NCBI GenBank assembly: GCA_037138355.1
Contig: JBAXIL010000049.1
Location: 1-9,813, forward strand
Direction of reading: 5' to 3'
DNA: 9,813 bases
Source: a bacterium
GTDB taxonomy: Bacteria; Oederibacteriota; PGYV01; Palsa-1178
The position numbers and the translations under genes are program-made. Positions 8,330 to 9,813 of the stretch are shown one piece after another. The notes below the pieces were generated by a model. It was given only the letters and a program-made list of their open reading frames with translations, was not told the origin of the DNA and did no database searches. Within the stretch, counting starts at the first letter, position 1. Every line of letters starts with the position of its first letter.

Positions 8330-9121
8330 ATGGTCATTGTTTTTGATATAGGAAATACAAACATAACTATAGGAGTATTCAGCGGGGCGCAGCTGCTTTT
8401 TGACCTGCGCCTTCGCACTAATATAGGTTATACAGAAGACCAGTATTTCGCAAGCTTGAAGGCACTTTTAAAACACCGCGAGATAGAGCCAAATGATGTA
8501 GAAGGCGGGATTATCGGTTCTGTCGTTCCTGCTGTTACTCGTAGTATCACACAAATGTTTAGAAAGTATTTTGGCAAGGAACCTATACTTTTAACTTCTA
8601 AAACAAAACTTAATATAAAAAATCTCTATAAAAATCCTACAGAAGTAGGCGACGATAGGTTGGCTAATGCCGCGGCTGGAAGAAAGTTTTTTCCAAATAA
8701 AGATTTGATTATTATTGACTATGGCACAGCAGTTACTTTTGATGTGTTAAATAAAAAAGGGAGCTATTTGGGCGGAGTCATAATGCCTGGTTTGCACTTG
8801 AGCTTGAAAGCTTTATTTTCAAACACTGCTAAGCTCCCACAGGTAGAACTTAAATTTCCTGAAAAAATAATAGGCAACACTACAGAAAAAAGCATACAAA
8901 GCGGAATTATGAATAGCGCGATATCAAGCATAAACTCATTTGTGAAAACAATAAAAAAGGAAATGAAGGCACCAAACGCGCAGGTAATACTGACAGGCGG
9001 GGATGCAGAAATCATACCACTGAAAATGCTTGAAACAAAAAAAGTTCATGTGGATAAAGATTTCACCTTAAAAGGATTTAAAATAATTTATGATTTAAAT
9101 AAAGCAAAATCAAAGTTTTGA
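8330..9121 (+). CDS. coaX: Type III pantothenate kinase
   Basis: ASKHA-type CoaX motifs: DIGNTN, SVVP, EVGDDR, IDYGTAVTFD, GGVIMPG, TAKLP, IGNTT..SIQSG, LTGG. Confidence 0.95.
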   Translation: MVIVFDIGNTNITIGVFSGAQLLFDLRLRTNIGYTEDQYFASLKALLKHREIEPNDVEGGIIGSVVPAVTRSITQMFRKYFGKEPILLTSKTKLNIKNLYKNPTEVGDDRLANAAAGRKFFPNKDLIIIDYGTAVTFDVLNKKGSYLGGVIMPGLHLSLKALFSNTAKLPQVELKFPEKIIGNTTEKSIQSGIMNSAISSINSFVKTIKKEMKAPNAQVILTGGDAEIIPLKMLETKKVHVDKDFTLKGFKIIYDLNKAKSKF

Positions 9122-9157
9122 TAAAAAATCTTTAATGTTTTAAAAAGGATTATCAAA

Positions 9158-9310
9158 ATGAAAGTAAACAAAAAAATATACACAATGAAACGCCCCTCAC
9201 ATCCAGATGACGCACAGACCAAAGCCAAGCGTTTTTTTAAGACCAAAGGCAGAAAACGCGCGCGGCAGGCAATAAAGAAAATGTCAAAAATAGAAATAGC
9301 GGAAGTATAA
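9158..9310 (+). CDS. Small, strongly basic hypothetical protein (50 aa)
   Basis: Hand translation: MKVNKKIYTMKRPSHPDDAQTKAKRFFKTKGRKRARQAIKKMSKIEIAEV*. SD-like AAAGGA (9144-9149) lies 8 nt before the ATG. The ORF has locally higher GC than its AT-rich flanks and fills the gap between coaX and the next promoter. It is not in the supplied ORF track, whose smallest entries are 60 aa. Confidence 0.62.
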   Translation: MKVNKKIYTMKRPSHPDDAQTKAKRFFKTKGRKRARQAIKKMSKIEIAEV

Positions 9311-9328
9311 AAAAAATTTAGAAACTTA

Positions 9329-9356
9329 TTGACAAGATAAATTATTGTGATATAAA
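9329..9356 (+). promoter_or_regulatory. Sigma70/SigA-type promoter upstream of the structured RNA candidate
   Basis: Perfect -35 TTGACA (9329-9334), 16-nt spacer, extended -10 TG-A-TATAAA (9348-9356). The predicted start (~9362-9363) falls at the 5' arm of the stem. Confidence 0.65.
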
Positions 9357-9359
9357 TAT

Positions 9360-9424
9360 AAATGCGCAGGGTTGAGCCTACCTTGTAGCTCGTAAAAACC
9401 CCTCTATATCCCTGCGCATTTTTT
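9360..9424 (+). ncRNA. Candidate small structured RNA or cis-regulatory leader, family not recognised
   Basis: Perfect 12-bp inverted repeat AAATGCGCAGGG (9360-9371)/CCCTGCGCATTT (9410-9421) enclosing an internal hairpin GAGCCTAC-CTT-GTAGCTC (9374-9391, one bulged C) and a single-stranded TAAAAACCCCTCTATAT. It ends in a T6 tract (9419-9424) and is a GC-rich island directly behind a promoter. Confidence 0.55.
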
Positions 9425-9503
9425 AAAGAGGCCCCCAACAATGACTAACTTGTATAAAAAACCATAAAAATAAGCCAATTTATGTGAGCGTATAATAAAA
9501 ATC

Positions 9504-9531
9504 TTGTTTTAATGCCTGCTTTTGCTACAAT
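9504..9531 (+). promoter_or_regulatory. Possible extended -10 promoter for the final ORF
   Basis: TTGTTT (9504-9509), 16-nt spacer, TG-C-TACAAT (9523-9531), about 50 nt upstream of the ATG at 9581. Confidence 0.4.
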
Positions 9532-9580
9532 TATAGCAGATTAAGAAAGATAGTATAAATATGAACTTCAGGGGTGAGGA

Positions 9581-9813
9581 ATGAATAATAATAAAGGTGC
9601 TGTTTGGGTATGGATAGTGCTTATATTAGGTATTGCTGGACTGGTATTTTTAGTTGCCAAAGATTTTATGGTCAAAAAACAAAAAAATGAACTTGTTTTG
9701 CGGGCACAATATGTCAATGAACTTTTGGGAGAGCTTAAAGTTAATATGATGCTATGCAGAATGATTGAACAAGAGTCAGGAAAAAACAATGATACCTTTG
9801 CTGTAAATGTAAA
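9581..9813 (+). CDS. Hypothetical protein with an N-terminal transmembrane/signal segment; 3'-partial
   Basis: Hand translation, open to the window end: MNNNKGAVWVWIVLILGIAGLVFLVAKDFMVKKQKNELVLRAQYVNELLGELKVNMMLCRMIEQESGKNNDTFAVNV... SD-like AGGGGTG (9570-9576). It has a 20-residue hydrophobic stretch. It is missing from the track, presumably because it has no stop within the window. Confidence 0.75.
   Translation, partial: MNNNKGAVWVWIVLILGIAGLVFLVAKDFMVKKQKNELVLRAQYVNELLGELKVNMMLCRMIEQESGKNNDTFAVNV

Noticed and set aside
467..9015. The many short alternative-frame and minus-strand ORFs in the track (e.g. 2091-2480, 3451-3972, 4331-4717, 5743-6150, 6809-7192)
   Set aside because: They lie inside or opposite well-supported + strand genes, have the Phe/Ser/Ile-rich composition of antisense shadows and show no recognisable motifs.
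9385..9410. preQ1-I riboswitch resemblance (CCCTCTATA)
   Set aside because: The required upstream AGAGG-type P1 arm and the 3' A-rich tail are not in the right order, and no queuosine gene follows.
9088..9441. 117-aa minus-strand ORF
   Set aside because: It has a non-ATG start with no SD, overlaps the coaX 3' end, and runs across the + strand promoter, RNA element and basic small ORF. It is better explained as a shadow.
9568..9789. 73-aa minus-strand ORF
   Set aside because: It is antisense to the SD-led + strand membrane-protein ORF starting at 9581.

Overview
AT-rich bacterial chromosomal window with all credible genes on the + strand. In order: a 5'-truncated ~840+ aa PEP-synthase/PPDK-like ATP-grasp protein of unknown function; a DUF1846 (UPF0371) P-loop-like protein; a MarC-family membrane protein; then a tightly packed probable operon behind a near-consensus sigma70 promoter: grpE - dnaJ - fixC-like flavoprotein - fixX-like ferredoxin - coaX (type III pantothenate kinase). 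dnaK, hrcA/CIRCE and fixAB are absent from the window. The last 700 bp hold features missing from the ORF track: a 50-aa strongly basic small ORF, a promoter-driven ~65-nt structured RNA candidate (perfect 12-bp closing stem, internal hairpin, C-rich anti-SD-like loop, U-tract), and the start of a single-pass membrane protein running off the 3' end. I saw no mobile elements, CRISPR arrays, tRNA or rRNA. All family assignments come from motif recognition by eye; no database searches were run.
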